Shown here in pieces: positions 1-11,710 of a stretch of 32,840 nt of DNA. Under the pieces are notes generated by a model. That model did not search any database. It had not been told where the DNA came from and saw only the letters and a program-made list of their open reading frames with translations. The translations under genes were made by a program, and so were the position numbers. The stretch is from Squatina squatina (Eukaryota), in NCBI GenBank assembly GCA_031763465.1, contig JARFOE010000115.1, forward strand, positions 16,185,273-16,218,112. Direction: 5' to 3'. How positions within the stretch are numbered: position 1 is the first letter of the stretch; every line of letters begins with the position of its first letter.

Positions 1-62
1 GCTTTTCACAAGTTTTTCTTTAGCCACTTTTGATTTAGAAGGTTACACAAACTCATTCTTAC

Positions 63-157
63 CTGTATGGAATTCTCATCTGACTTGTCAGTGCCAACAT
101 CAGTTACATTCAGTTGTAAACGGTAGAGTTTTGGTTTATCTCTGGAGTCTGAACCAT
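63..157 (-). CDS. AFDN: Afadin internal coding exon (start of FHA region): (D)GSDSRDKPKLYRLQLNVTDVGTDKSDENSIQ
   Basis: Read by hand on the minus strand; not in the ORF track. Boundaries tgttgcag|ATGGTTCA ... ATACAG|gtaag. Peptide closely matches afadin DGSDSRDKPKLYRLQLSVTEVGTEK. The phase-1 start fits the upstream exon ending at 1880. Confidence 0.93.
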
Positions 158-572
158 CTGCAACATTTTTAAATATGCACTTTAGCCTGTGTGCACTTAA
201 AATTTATTTCATTTATCACACTCGTCTCTGTTAAAAATGTACATTTGTTGTCAATTTGGCACATGAGCCTAACAAAAAAAGCTAAGTAAAGTATAAACTG
301 TGGGAAGTTAGTTACTGGCGTCAGGTGTGGAATTTCAACAGCTTCAAACTCTTCCTTTTAGTTTCCTTTGGATTTGCGAGACAGTGCAATTGCATTAGGC
401 TAGGAGAAATATTTGATGCAAAGTTCCTGTTGTGGATTTAAACAGGAACGGCAGTATGTGCAAACACAAATGACATGGGGAAACGTTCATTCTAATATTA
501 ACAGGACCTTGTTCCTTGGTCACCCATGGCTCAAATTAAGTGCGATTGCATAGATTTTAAAGCAATACTCAC

Positions 573-614
573 CTGGTTTAGTAATTCCAGTTACAAAAAT
601 AAAGTTGTCATAAC
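573..614 (-). CDS. Candidate 42-nt in-frame alternative AFDN cassette exon, (G)YDNFIFVTGITKP
   Basis: Boundaries aatag|GTTATGAC...AAACCAG|gtgagt, a consensus donor. Symmetric phase 1-1 with no stop, lying between two AFDN exons joined in phase 1. The acceptor tract is weak. Confidence 0.35.
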
Positions 615-1879
615 CTATTCTATACAACAAATGTACTGTAAATGAGAAGCTTTTCAGATACAGAACTACACAAAAGTTTTAAACCTGTTTTATCTGTCCC
701 AGCTAAATCATAACCTGCAGCTATAGAAGTTCAGATTAGACACTACAGCCAGATTTAGCTCACTACATGGAGGTTTTGTACATTAGCAACTTTAGTGCTC
801 AACAACTTTTGATCAATGATTAGATGACAGTTCTTTCACCCTGACTTTTCTTGTCACTTAGTCTCTTTCATATATGAAAGACACAAAAAGGGAAAAAGTT
901 ACTTTTATGGACATGAGAAAATTAAGATTTTTAATGCCTTTTAATTTTTAGTATCGGCAGAGCACGCACTAATTTTCTTTCAAAGTAAGTGGCTGCTCTC
1001 TACACAAGGCATGTTTAGGTTCGTCAACAGAAATAGGAGAAGCCATGCACTTATTTATTAATGTACCTGCACTGAATATCTATGGACACTTGCATTACAC
1101 GAGACATTTTCCACCTACACTGTACATGCACAATATTGCTCTTCAGCACACCTATTCAAGCCTAGTGTAGATGAGAGGCATTTTAAACTTTGCACTCAAA
1201 CTACAAAGAAAGGACCATCTTACCTCCCAATCCATCTCGAGTTGTCAACTAGAATATGCCATTGTCCCAAATAGCACAATTAAAGTTGTTATACATGATC
1301 AGAAAATCTGAATAGATCTATAAAATAAGCTTGTGTAAAANNNNNNNNNNNNNNNNNNNNNNNNNNNNNNNNNNNNNNNNNNNNNNNNNNNNNNNNNNNN
1401 NNNNNNNNNNNNNNNNNNNNNNNNNNNNNNNNNNNNNNNNGTTTTAAAAAAAAAATTGAACAGGCAAATCAAAATCCTCAGCTGCCTTTACTCAACGTAG
1501 CAGACAGTTTTTAAAATCAGACTAAAAGGAAATTATTTCTATTTGATATGAATTAAATTGCATTTAAAAGCAAGAGTGGAACCTTTCAGAGAAAACAAAT
1601 GGAATGTTTCAAGAACTACAGTACCATTGGTAAGCTTATAAAAAGCTAGGAACAAAAATATGATTTTTGGCAACTGCCAGGACCAACTATTGGAGCATTT
1701 GATCCTGAAATCAAAAAAGGATCTGCTGTGTCAGGTTACTTTAGCTGCATTAACAAACAAAGCTACAGACAAACAGAATTTTCCAGATGCCAAGATAAGA
1801 CAGACATTAAACAGAACAAGACTGACAAATGTTCAGCTATACAAAGAAACCTTTAACATTGATGTTATGGAACTCTTAC

Positions 1880-1985
1880 CAGGACTCAGTTCAACAAGGT
1901 ATGGCAGTTTCTCAGGAGGCAATGATGAACCATAGCTTGAACCATCATTTCTTTCTTTTCCTTTTGACAACCTCCCTTCTAGTTC
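1880..1985 (-). CDS. AFDN: Afadin coding exon, 3' part only: LEGRLSKGKERNDGSSYGSSLPPEKLPYLVELSP
   Basis: Part of ORF 1833..2048(-). Matches afadin LEGKTPKGKERADGSGYGSTLPPEKLPYLVELSP. Donor CCTG|gtaag at 1879. The 5' boundary is unresolved because upstream sequence is not afadin-like. Confidence 0.88.
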
Positions 1986-2220
1986 CTTTTGTTTCGAATC
2001 CTCCAGCATTGGTGTAGACATCATAACAGATTGACTGCTTTCTCCCACCTTATGGTGCCCTTGCCTGATGATTCACTGCCTTGCTTAACTTGTTAATCTT
2101 CCTGCCTTCACAACCCCAACTTTCTTCCCCATGTTTATTTTGCAATCTTGTTTCTCACATCTCCTCGCCTTACTAGTTTAAATCCACCCCCATACTCTAT
2201 TTACCCTTGACATGGAACAT
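1985..2220 (-). mobile_element. Degenerate CR1-like LINE fragment (ORF1 end / ORF2 start region)
   Basis: The minus strand reads ggggtggatttaaactag, resembling the CR1 ORF1 end, then GTC TAC ACC AAT GCT..ATT CGA AAC AAA, resembling the YxNARSIRNK start of the APE endonuclease. Confidence 0.4.
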
Positions 2221-3111
2221 CCAAGGTATTTGGGCTCTAAGTTGCAAGGAGATGCGCACAAACAGATTTGTACTCATTGGAGAAAAGACTGAAATGGGAA
2301 GATTCAGATCTTTGGGATAGACCTGTAAGCAGGCTATTTGGCTTTCACCATGAGCAAAAAACTAGGACAGAGATTTAGAATTAATCAAAGGCTAGAATTT
2401 AGAAGTTTCCCCTCCAGGGTAGATGTGTGAAAAAAGCTTCATGCAACAGCAATTAATAAGCAAACATCGTCTATAAACAGGAATGGAGGCAATGAAGATG
2501 AATATAGCCAGAGGTGATGAAATACTCCACAGAACATGATGTTCCTCTGCTGCTGAGATCAAGGGGTGGTATTGCTGCTGATAGGGGAGAAATCGGAGGC
2601 TGAAATTTAACGTGTGGGATAGATGAATGATCTGAAGTTTTGCTTGATTACTGTTGGGAGCTAGGCGGGACGTCATCTTACTGGAGGTTTGTATGTGGTT
2701 GGATCCGTCCCTCAATAGATTAAACGTGTTGGTTTACTGTGCATGGCAGTGCAGAGTGTACACGGCCTACTCAGGGCTCAATGGTGCTTCTTTGTTTCAG
2801 ACATCCTTCTGTTTTTAGGATACCGCCCAGATGATGTCTGAACAAAATACCTCATGTGATTCAGGGAATGCTTCAAGTGACTGTGTCTTCATAGGACAGT
2901 ACTGTATCACCATTGTGTTCCACAGTACCCAATATGTTGGCATGGCTGACAACACTTGGACATGATTGAGGGTGCCTCCACATGAATGGGGATCCTCTTG
3001 TCTTCTTGGCTCAATTACAGGCCCCCTGTTACGAGCCAGACCCTGATACATAAGGAAATTAATACTTGTGTACATTATGGAGCAAGATAGATATGTAAAA
3101 TAAGAAATAAA

Positions 3112-3212
3112 GAAAAAACTTGTATTTATAAAGTGATTTTCGTGACCTCAGAACATCCCAAAATGCTTTGCAATGAAGTACTTTTTAAGAGCAGTCACTG
3201 TTCTAATGGTAG
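3112..3212 (-). mobile_element. 3' tail fragment of a Deu-domain SINE
   Basis: Reverse complement aligns by eye with the tail of the full copy at 12840-13292 (gtgact...aaaagtacttcattg...tataaatacaag). Confidence 0.65.
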
Positions 3213-3461
3213 CTACAATGAATAAAAGTTTCTATTCACTGTGGAGGTTGTTCTGGGTCGGGTGTCCCTCCCCTGCCCCACTCCCGACCCGAGAGCCCAG
3301 TCCAACAATACAGGATGTATCTCTCTAATACTGACACGGTAAATAAAATGGCAGCAACAGANNNNNNNNNNNNNNNNNNNNNNNNNNNNNNNNNNNNNNN
3401 NNNNNNNNNNNNNNNNNNNNNNNNNNNNNNNNNNNNNNNNNNNNNNNNNNNNNNNNNNNNN

Positions 3462-4050
3462 TACAAAAGCAAGGAAGTTATGATGAACCTTTATAAAACA
3501 CTGTTTCGGCCGCAGCTGGAGTATTGTGTCCAATTCTGGGCACCACACTTTGGGAAGAATGTGAAGGCCTTAGAGAGGGTGCAGAAATGGATTACAAGAA
3601 TGATTCCAGGGATGAGGGACTTCAGTTACATGGATAGACTGGAGTAGCTGGGGTTGCCCTTAAAGCAGAGAAGGTTGAGAAGAAATTTGATAGAGGTGTT
3701 CAAAATCATGAGCGACCTAGGCAGAGTAGATAGAGAGAAACTGTTCCCATTGGCGGAAGGGTCGAGAACCAGAGGTCACAGATTCAAGGTGATTGGCAAA
3801 AGAACCAAAGGTGACATGAGGAAAAACATTTTTATGCAGCTACTGGTTAGGATCTGGGATGCACTGCCTGAAAGGGTGGTAGAGGCAGATTCAATCACTG
3901 CTTTAAAAAGAGAGTTGGATAAGTACTTGAAAGAAAATTTTTTTGCAGGGCTACGGGGAAAGTGAGTGGGACTAGAAGTGCTCTTGCAGAGAGCTGGCTT
4001 GGGCTTGATGGGCCAAATGGCCTCCTTCTGCGCTGTAACCATTTGTTTCT
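3462..4050 (+). mobile_element. CR1 LINE 3' end (ORF2 C-terminus plus 3' UTR), decayed
   Basis: Peptides LYKTLFRPQLEYCVQFWAPH..LERVQ, RRLRRNLIEVFKIM, SRTRGHRFK and IWDALPERVVEADSITALKRELDKYL, with an internal stop. CR1 3' UTR motif gatgggccaaatggcctccttctg. Confidence 0.93.
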
Positions 4051-4155
4051 AACGCACCTGTTTACTAAAGTGGTCAAAATATGCATTACAGTATAAAGCT
4101 ATTCCCTTAATAAAAAATGTTGTATGATGTAGGCATGCACAAAAAATACACATAC

Positions 4156-4313
4156 CCGTGCTATACAATATTCCTTTGGGTTTTCCTTTTCCAGTCCATA
4201 TTTCTCAAGGGCTTCTCCAACAGCAAAGTCTGATGTATCTGTTGTTGACAGCAAGATGGTCTTGTATGGTATATTTGGCTTTAAACTATCCGCATAGATC
4301 CTAAGAGTTCCAC
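4156..4313 (-). CDS. AFDN: Afadin coding exon (RA2 domain): GTLRIYADSLKPNIPYKTILLSTTDTSDFAVGEALEKYGLEKENPKEYCIAR
   Basis: Near-identical to the afadin RA2 region. Boundaries tgtccag|GTGGAACT ... GCACGG|gtatgt. Confidence 0.96.
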
Positions 4314-4789
4314 CTGGACAAAATAAAGATACAAACCTCAATATTCACAATGGCCCAATTAGATTGGACTAGTCTTTCTATAGCTTTGTGTACATTTTCT
4401 TTATAGACAGCCAATGTGCGTGGAATCAATAATTCCTAGCAACTATCCCAAAACAGCAGCACAAGGACAGTGAATTGTATTTAACTATAATTTTCTGCTT
4501 AACTTAGAAACCTAAGTTTGGAAGAAATATAGTTTATGTACCTTGAATCATCAACTAAATATTGGTCTGCTCAACAAGTTTCATAATAAACCAACTATTA
4601 TGAAACATTTTGCTCAATGTCAAGTTATTATTTTAGTTAAAGTGTATATTTATGAATACACTATTTCACATCTTAGATCAAATCATCCACAAATTGCACA
4701 AGAAGTCAGTTGCTGGAAAACAACCTGCCACAGCAGCAAGGAATTAGTACCTATGGTACTATGAAAGCCCCTCCACTCAGGAGAACATG

Positions 4790-5768
4790 GTTATTTCTAT
4801 TGGACCTCACTCTCTTCTACCAAAACCTACACCTGTGCCCCTCCACCTTCATCTCCAATAAGTGCAAAGAGCTCATGAATTTAGTCACCAAGATTGAGAC
4901 CATGCATTCAACTGTTTCTTCACATTCCCTTTGCCCAAGTCAAACCTCCCACTCCTACTAGCACTGAACACACATCTTTCAACTTCTCTCCCATCTTCCT
5001 CTGGACCCTCTTTGTCCAAGAGGCCCACTTACTGTTCTCTCGGCCCTATTCCCACTAAACTGCTGACTACCCAATTTGCTTTCCTGACCCACATGCGAGC
5101 TGACATTGTAAAGGGTGCCTTCTTCTTGGGCACGACCCCTCCCTTTCAAAGCCACCATCATCAACCCCTCCAATCTTACCTGTCCATTAATGACCAGAGC
5201 ATCTCTGGCAATGGTTTCATGTCTATCCCAGCGTTGTTTTATTTTGAGTCCTCCAAGGATCCATCTTTTCACCTCCCTATCCATCTTATGCAATATCTAT
5301 AGACAGATCAGTTGACATGCAACAACCCCAGCTCTACTTCTGCATCACTTCTTTCTTAGCCCCTCCACTACCTGTGTTAGCAGGCGACTTGTCCAACATC
5401 TAAAAGTTGGATGAGCTATAACTTCCTCCAACTAAACATTAGAAAGGCTGAAGCCATCCACTCTGGCCCCTACTACAAACTCTCTACCCTAACCACCGAT
5501 TTCATTCCCCTCCTTAGCCATTGTCTCAGAGTGGCCCTGTGTGACCCTGAGCCGAGTTCCATACCGCACATCTTAACCATAAAGACCATCTACTTCCAGC
5601 TCCGTAACATCGCCCGCCTCTGCTCTTACCTCAGTTCATCTGCTGCTAAAACCTTCAATAATGCCGTTTTACTTCCAGACTATTCCAATGCTCGTCTTGT
5701 CTGCATTCTCCCACCCACCCATCCTCTCTGGCCTATATTCGTTCCAGTCCAACACTTCCAATTGAAAA
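4790..5768 (+). mobile_element. Decayed L2-clade LINE ORF2 fragments
   Basis: Broken peptides VTKIETM, CSLGPIPTKLL, MSYNFLQLNIRKAEAI, YFQLRNIARL...SSSAAKT and DYSNA, all typical L2 ORF2 motifs. C-rich plus strand. Confidence 0.8.
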
Positions 5769-6322
5769 NNNNNNNNNNNNNNNNNNNNNNNNNNNNNNNN
5801 NNNNNNNNNNNNNNNNNNNNNNNNNNNNNNNNNNNNNNNNNNNNNNNNNNNNNNNNNNNNNNNNNNNNCCCAATGGGCAGAGGTTAAGAATCTTAAGTAA
5901 ATGGAGACTGACAACCCAAGAAATCTTAAGGGTAAGCACAAGACACCCATTATGTTCATCCACAACAAAAACGTCCCCACAGATCTTATTTCTTTCCCAG
6001 TTCTTCAAGTAACCTTTGTTGCAGTGTTTAAAGCCCTGGGCTACACTTAATATCATATGATGCTTGATGAAAAGCAGGACTTGCACTGATTGAGGAGTGT
6101 CTAGGTGCCAACTGCAGCAGGGAATCCGACAACTAGAGCATTATTCAAGAAAATTCAGTAACTGTTGCACATGAATCTTACAAGAGTGAAAACCAGAATT
6201 ATAAGACAATACTGGCATCTATTGGGCATATTTTACTACTCCAAAGCATAGTATGAAGACCAATAGGCTCTGCCTATCTCAGGAAACATCTGAAAAATAC
6301 ATTTCTTAATCAAGAAACTCAC

Positions 6323-6518
6323 CACCACTAACGTGCACTTCATAAAGTGAATATCTAGGAGAAGACAGCATACGCATGTCTGGTCGGAACTTCTCTGCAA
6401 GAGTCTCTATGACATCTTGTGTTGTAGCAGTGCTGGATACTCTGATGCATTTTGTTGCAAAGTTCCCTGCTACTTTGTCTTGAAAATAAAATCTCATCAC
6501 ACCGTGGAACTCCAGATC
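6323..6518 (-). CDS. AFDN: Afadin early coding exon (RA1 domain): DLEFHGVMRFYFQDKVAGNFATKCIRVSSTATTQDVIETLAEKFRPDMRMLSSPRYSLYEVHVSG
   Basis: Near-identical to the afadin N-terminal RA1 domain. Boundaries ttttaatgtcctag|GATCTG ... GGTG|gtgagt; 196 nt. Confidence 0.97.
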
Positions 6519-7820
6519 CTAGGACATTAAAAAAAACGCAAGTCATAAAAATAGTAAAATATAAGTTGCTGCACACAAAAGTGCAAAACCACTAATTNNN
6601 NNNNNNNNNNNNNNNNNNNNNNNNNNNNNNNNNNNNNNNNNNNNNNNNNNNNNNNNNNNNNNNNNNNNNNNNNNNNNNNNNNNNNNNNNNNNNNNNNAGC
6701 CCTTGCCACATTGTTTTTTTTAGATTAATAAGTGAAATGCAAGCAGCAATGATTCACATCCACCGACAATAGATATCGCAATGTTTTACTCAGCATTTTC
6801 CACAGTGGCATGATTCATGATGCGTGAAGTGATACACACCACCCATTTTCATTATGCAAGCAAACTGGCTTTTCCTAAGTTATAAATAGGTTGATGACTG
6901 GATGATGCACATTTACAGTTTCTTTGGCACAACACCTGGGTAGGAAATGTTTTTATATTAAACGACAGCAAATGGAATTTGTTGTTTAACCTGCTTTCAA
7001 CTAACCACAGGACTTTTTTTGTAATTTGAGAAGAGCATACAGAACATTGAGCCATGTAGCTTGACATGAACCCCTTGGACCTGACTTCATGCCACAATGT
7101 TGGATGCAGTTTAATGCTCCTCCACTTCACTGACTTTCTTTGAAGTCAACAGTATTCAAAGAATTAATCACCCACCTTTGGAATTCCCATGAAAGAACAG
7201 ATTGATTTTAATTAAGTTAAAGATATTCGCTTAACTTTTTCTGCTCGATTCTCCTCCTGCTATGGGCAGGTAATCCTATGCTAGAATTTCATACTTAGTG
7301 CAAAGCAAAGGTGTTATGCTTAGGACGCAAAATTAAACTATCAGATTTGGAAGACTCAGACGCCTCAGCAATTTTATTGTTGTCATTAACAACTTTGCTT
7401 CACATTCTACTCCATTGCCCGCCGAGTATATTCTCACACATTGTCCAGGCAGATTTTGTATTCATTAGCTTGTTGAAAGGGATCCAGTTTGTTAGATTAA
7501 AAGATCATCTGACAAAGTGATGAATAACTTGGCACTGGAGAATACGAACCAGCCGTGAAGATGCAATAAACAATAACTGTTTTACATTTAAGCCAACAAG
7601 TATGTGTCATGGGCCTGGCCGTAGTCTTTAAGGTGAGTCAAGTTAGCTACCAAGAGGCACCGACCGCTTTCAGAACAAAAGGGTTTGTGCGTCTTTTTAT
7701 GGTATTGCTTCTTAATACATNNNNNNNNNNNNNNNNNNNNNNNNNNNNNNNNNNNNNNNNNNNNNNNNNNNNNNNNNNNNNNNNNNNNNNNNNNNNNNNN
7801 NNNNNNNNNNNNNNNNNNNN

Positions 7821-8355
7821 TGGAAGTGGTGGAATGAAGCAGAGAGCTCCTGTATCCCTAGTAGGGCAGGAGGCCCTCCAAACATATGCTCAGGAGGCAG
7901 TGGGAACAAGCAATGGTGGAGGTCAATACCAGGAGTGTTGCTCCAAGAACATGGATGCAGCGCAGGAAGAAGTTTAATGATCTCATACAAGTTGTGAAGG
8001 TGAGGGAGTTCATCTTCAAAAGGCATATCCTACCAACGGCACCATTAGCCTCATCCACTGTTCAATTCTCTACACCCACCATCATCTACCTGCCAACAAT
8101 CCCTATCAATCTATACTCATCCCTAAAATTCATAATGTTTATTTCACCCTCACATACACAGCACTGTTGCAAGCCTTGCACGCGCAACTTACAGCTCGCA
8201 CAAGTTTGAAGCTGTTCAACCATGACAGCCACATCACCCAAACATATTGTAGGACACTCAATGATATACTATCCTCTTTCTTGCAGAGGAAGGTGGCATA
8301 TAACAGCAGCAAAGAACTGGAGGAGGACACATGCCTCTGCATGCTTTAACCCCCG
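7821..8355 (+). mobile_element. PIF/Harbinger Myb/SANT-like DNA-binding protein gene relic with intron
   Basis: Peptide LRRQWEQAMVEVNTRSVAPRTWMQRRKKFNDL..VK then donor gtgagg at 8000. Acceptor ttgcag at 8286, then KVAYN...RTGGG-like sequence. This is the NAIF1/MSANTD-type trihelix signature. Confidence 0.72.
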
Positions 8356-8455
8356 NNNNNNNNNNNNNNNNNNNNNNNNNNNNNNNNNNNNNNNNNNNNN
8401 NNNNNNNNNNNNNNNNNNNNNNNNNNNNNNNNNNNNNNNNNNNNNNNNNNNNNNN

Positions 8456-9100
8456 TACCTCATGTGGTGTCGGGGGAGATCCCACTCCAACATTAGTGAT
8501 GCCCCTCCATGGCTGAATAGTCACATTGGTCATGAAGCGAATGGGTCGGGCAATGGTAAATATCAGTGTGACTCGTCTCTCTGCTCCAAAAGGACGCCAT
8601 CCCTGCACCTCTGTTCCCACTCCAACATTAGTAATGCCGAATTTAAAAAAAACAAAAGTGGGCAGGCAAAACCACTTTTTAAGGTAAGTGAACCACTTTT
8701 TCACTTTCTAACAATGCCTACAACCCAATTTAGCAAAAAATCGTGATAAAATTTTTTTTTTTTTATGCTAATTTTCTTTAAAAAAATACTTCAAAGATCA
8801 CTCCCCACTGGATGACAGCACCCAAAAAAAGGGCGCTGTCACCGCTATACTTACGGGTCTGCAACGCAGCCGAATTGCTGGGCGGGTGGCCATCTTGGGC
8901 ACTGCGCCCAATGAAGACGTCACACCCGCCCGCTACCGCTGGCCACTGCACTTGGAGCATTCCCGGTCCAACGCTCCTTTAGTGCCCGGGATGGGGGGCG
9001 CAAAAAGTTAAGCGAACCACTTAGCGCCAAAAAACGTCGTTAGGCCGTTAATGCTATTTTGCGCTACTTTAGCGCAGGCGTAAATGGATGAATTGGCCTC
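8456..9100. mobile_element. CpG-rich DNA-transposon-like repeat remnant, probably a Harbinger-type end
   Basis: Direct repeat cccactccaacattagtRatgcc at about 8481 and 8616, a CpG-rich segment, and an end gaattggcc similar to other GGCC..AATT termini in the window. Confidence 0.35.
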
Positions 9101-9104
9101 CCAA

Positions 9105-9512
9105 GGACTTCTCCTGACCTCAAGACATACCAAAGCGCTTTACTGCCAATGAAGTGCAGTCACTGTTGTAATGTAGGAAACACGGCTGTCAATTTCACGG
9201 CTGCAAGGTCCCACAAACAGCAATGAGATAATGAACAGACAATCTGTTTTAGTGACGTCGGTTATTGGCCCAGAAGCCAGGAAGAACTCCCTTGCTTTTC
9301 TTCGAAATAGTGTCAGGGGATCTTTTCGTCCCCTTGAGAGGGCCTCTGTTTAACATTTCATCCAATGGACAGCACCTCCAACAGTGCAACACTCCCCCAG
9401 GACTGCACTGAAGTGTCAGACTGGACTTTGTGCTCAAGTCTCTGGAGTAGGACTTTATCCCATAACCTTGTGACCCAGTGGCGTGATTGCTACCACTGAG
9501 CCACGGCTGACA
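9105..9512 (-). mobile_element. tRNA-derived Deu-domain SINE (SacSINE1-like), near full length
   Basis: Reverse complement is collinear with 12840-13292: head tgtcagccgtggctcagtgg, Deu core ggatgaaatgttaaacagaggcc, and tail. Confidence 0.88.
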
Positions 9513-9954
9513 AGACTGATAGTCCTGATCTGTAACATTATCTTAGCAGAGGATGTTTTCTTGCATGTGCCCAAGATGATTTGAGAGAAAGTTGGCTGCA
9601 ACCATGGTGAAAATAAATTGTTTCGCTGTTTGCTGCTAAAGAAATCCCTGTTTGTACTGCTGTCATCTTCAACCATATAAAAATTATGCCCTCGTGGGGA
9701 GCATATTATAGAAACAGAATTTGTATGGTTTCTGTAGTAGTGAGGGGCCATAAATAACACATGCAATATCAGAGGTCACAGGGTATCAAAGAGGCTTAGA
9801 GTGAGTAGCTGCAGTACATGCTGACAAGTTGAAAAAGTAATCACAGTACTCAGTCAATCAGTCAGAGAAAAGGGTTGGACAGAGGTCAGTGAGAGGACAA
9901 GCTACAGCACCCTACTGTTTTTAAAAGGGTGTGTGGTTGCTGATGGATTAGGCA

Positions 9955-10104
9955 TAGCTTGACCAGATCGTAAGTATTCAAAACCGGGACAATTCAAAAA
10001 CAGGGCTCCATGGGGACTGCAACAAAAACGGGACATTTGAGACATTTTCAGGAAATTGTCGGGACACCGGGACGTTTGCTGTACCGAGATGTCTGGTCAC
10101 CTTA
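9955..10104. mobile_element. 150-bp hAT (Blackjack/MER81-MER94-like) MITE
   Basis: TIRs TAGCTTGACCAGA / TCTGGTCACCTTA (10 of 13 positions pair). Perfect 8-bp TSD ATTAGGCA at 9947-9954 and 10105-10112. Four internal CGGGAC motifs. Confidence 0.85.
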
Positions 10105-10682
10105 ATTAGGCAGCAAAACAATATAACAAGAGGGTAGTCGTGGCTCCCCGTGGAACCCTAGTGCCAGTTAGGCACTTCAGCGCTACCACAGTGCAGTGAA
10201 CACCATGCAACACCCTCTGGAGGCCAAATGGTCACTAAGCTGCTGTTCAACAGATGCACATTTTTGGGATGCCATTATGTTGATCCTCATATCTGGTTAC
10301 AATTCCAGATCGCACTGCCCACTATGTAACTTACGAGTTTCATCTCTTTTCTGGTGATTTCTTTCATGGATCAAGTTCCATTTAGCTGAGAAGGTACATG
10401 ATCTTTTTACTGCTTAAAGCATCCTTTCGGGGCACTTTGGTGTAAAGTAATAACTTACTAATTATTAAAAATAACTTTCTCCCACCAAAAAGGAGGAATC
10501 TATTGCTTCATCACATACACCATCTGAGACAGGATAATGGTGGTATTTGATCCCTCTGCACCCACTCCTGGCCAAACACTGANNNNNNNNNNNNNNNNNN
10601 NNNNNNNNNNNNNNNNNNNNNNNNNNNNNNNNNNNNNNNNNNNNNNNNNNNNNNNNNNNNNNNNNNNNNNNNNNNNNNNNNN

Positions 10683-11710
10683 GTCCGAATGGTGGAAAAT
10701 TGTGTCCGAGATGTGCACGCGCACTTCCAATGGGAACGGCGTCGGACGCCATGTTGGTAAAGGGGTTTGTGCGAGCACACCGAATGACCACTGGTAGCAT
10801 GCAGAGCAGGTGGATTATGATGTCAATCAGTGTCCAGTGCTGATTTGATGCCGACACTTCCATTGTCAAATGCCATCTTACATCCTGTCTTAACCTAGAC
10901 TAACAACATGACATTAAACAGCATGAAGGATGCTAATTGAAGGGATTATGAACTATTTAGTTAGTTCCTGGATTATTTCTTCTGGTGCAATTGTGCGTAT
11001 TTTTTTAAGTTTTCCAAACTGCTTAAAATTTGAATAGTCTATAGGGAGTGGTCTGACTGGTGCTGAAGTACTTTTATTGTTCATTTAAAAGCTTGGACTG
11101 AAACAAGATTCTTCCAGACATGGGTGGCCTGGTAGGGCTTCCTCTTGGAATTGAGCATGAGTGGCAGAAGCCATGCAGAGCAGAACAAGCTGCTCGAAGA
11201 GGGAGGAGGAGGAAAGGCAGAAGGGATCTCAGCAGGAGGTCATATCCATTAAGAGTCTTTAAGGAACAATTCTCTTACCTCAAATGAGGACCAATATTTG
11301 AGACATCTTTGCTTCACTAAAGAGGTTATGAGTGAAATCTGCCAACTGTTGCAGCCATAACTGCAACATCAAAGCAGGGCAAGGACAGCATTGCACGTGG
11401 CTGTCAAGGTAACTGTGGCTCTTAGCCTTTATGTATTTGGATCTCTACAGGTTGCTGCTGGAGATATAAGCAACATCTCTCAGCTTGCAGTGCACTGCTG
11501 CTTAAGGGAGGTCACTAATTCTCTCTACAAAGAGAGACAGCTTCATCCCATTCCCTTTTACCAGAGACAAGCAGGTGGAGCAAGCATGAGAGTTTGGATG
11601 GATTGCAGGCTTCCCCAAGCTCCAGGGTGTCATTGATTGCGCACACATTACCTTGTTTGCGCCTCATCTGAACTGTGCCATTTTCCTGAACCAAAAGAGA
11701 TTCCACTTCC
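10683..11710 (+). mobile_element. PIF/Harbinger DDE transposase (HARBI1-like) pseudogenic fragment with upstream non-coding end
   Basis: From about 11150: RRSYPLRVFKEQFSYL, LCFTKEVMSEICQLL, ALHVAVKVTVALSLY..GS.Q..AGDISNISQ.AVH, and IAGFPKLQGVIDCAHI (the GFPxVxGAIDCTH motif). Stops and frameshifts present. Confidence 0.88.

Noticed and set aside
1224-1248. Second candidate AFDN microexon (ctag|TTGAC...GGGAG|gtaag)
   Set aside because: It is 25 nt, would shift the frame, and has no supporting similarity.
2392-3075. Short ORFs in the AFDN intron
   Set aside because: No domain-like composition; consistent with random or decayed-repeat ORFs.
11150-11710. Domesticated HARBI1 gene
   Set aside because: In-frame stops, frameshifts and truncation indicate a transposon fossil.
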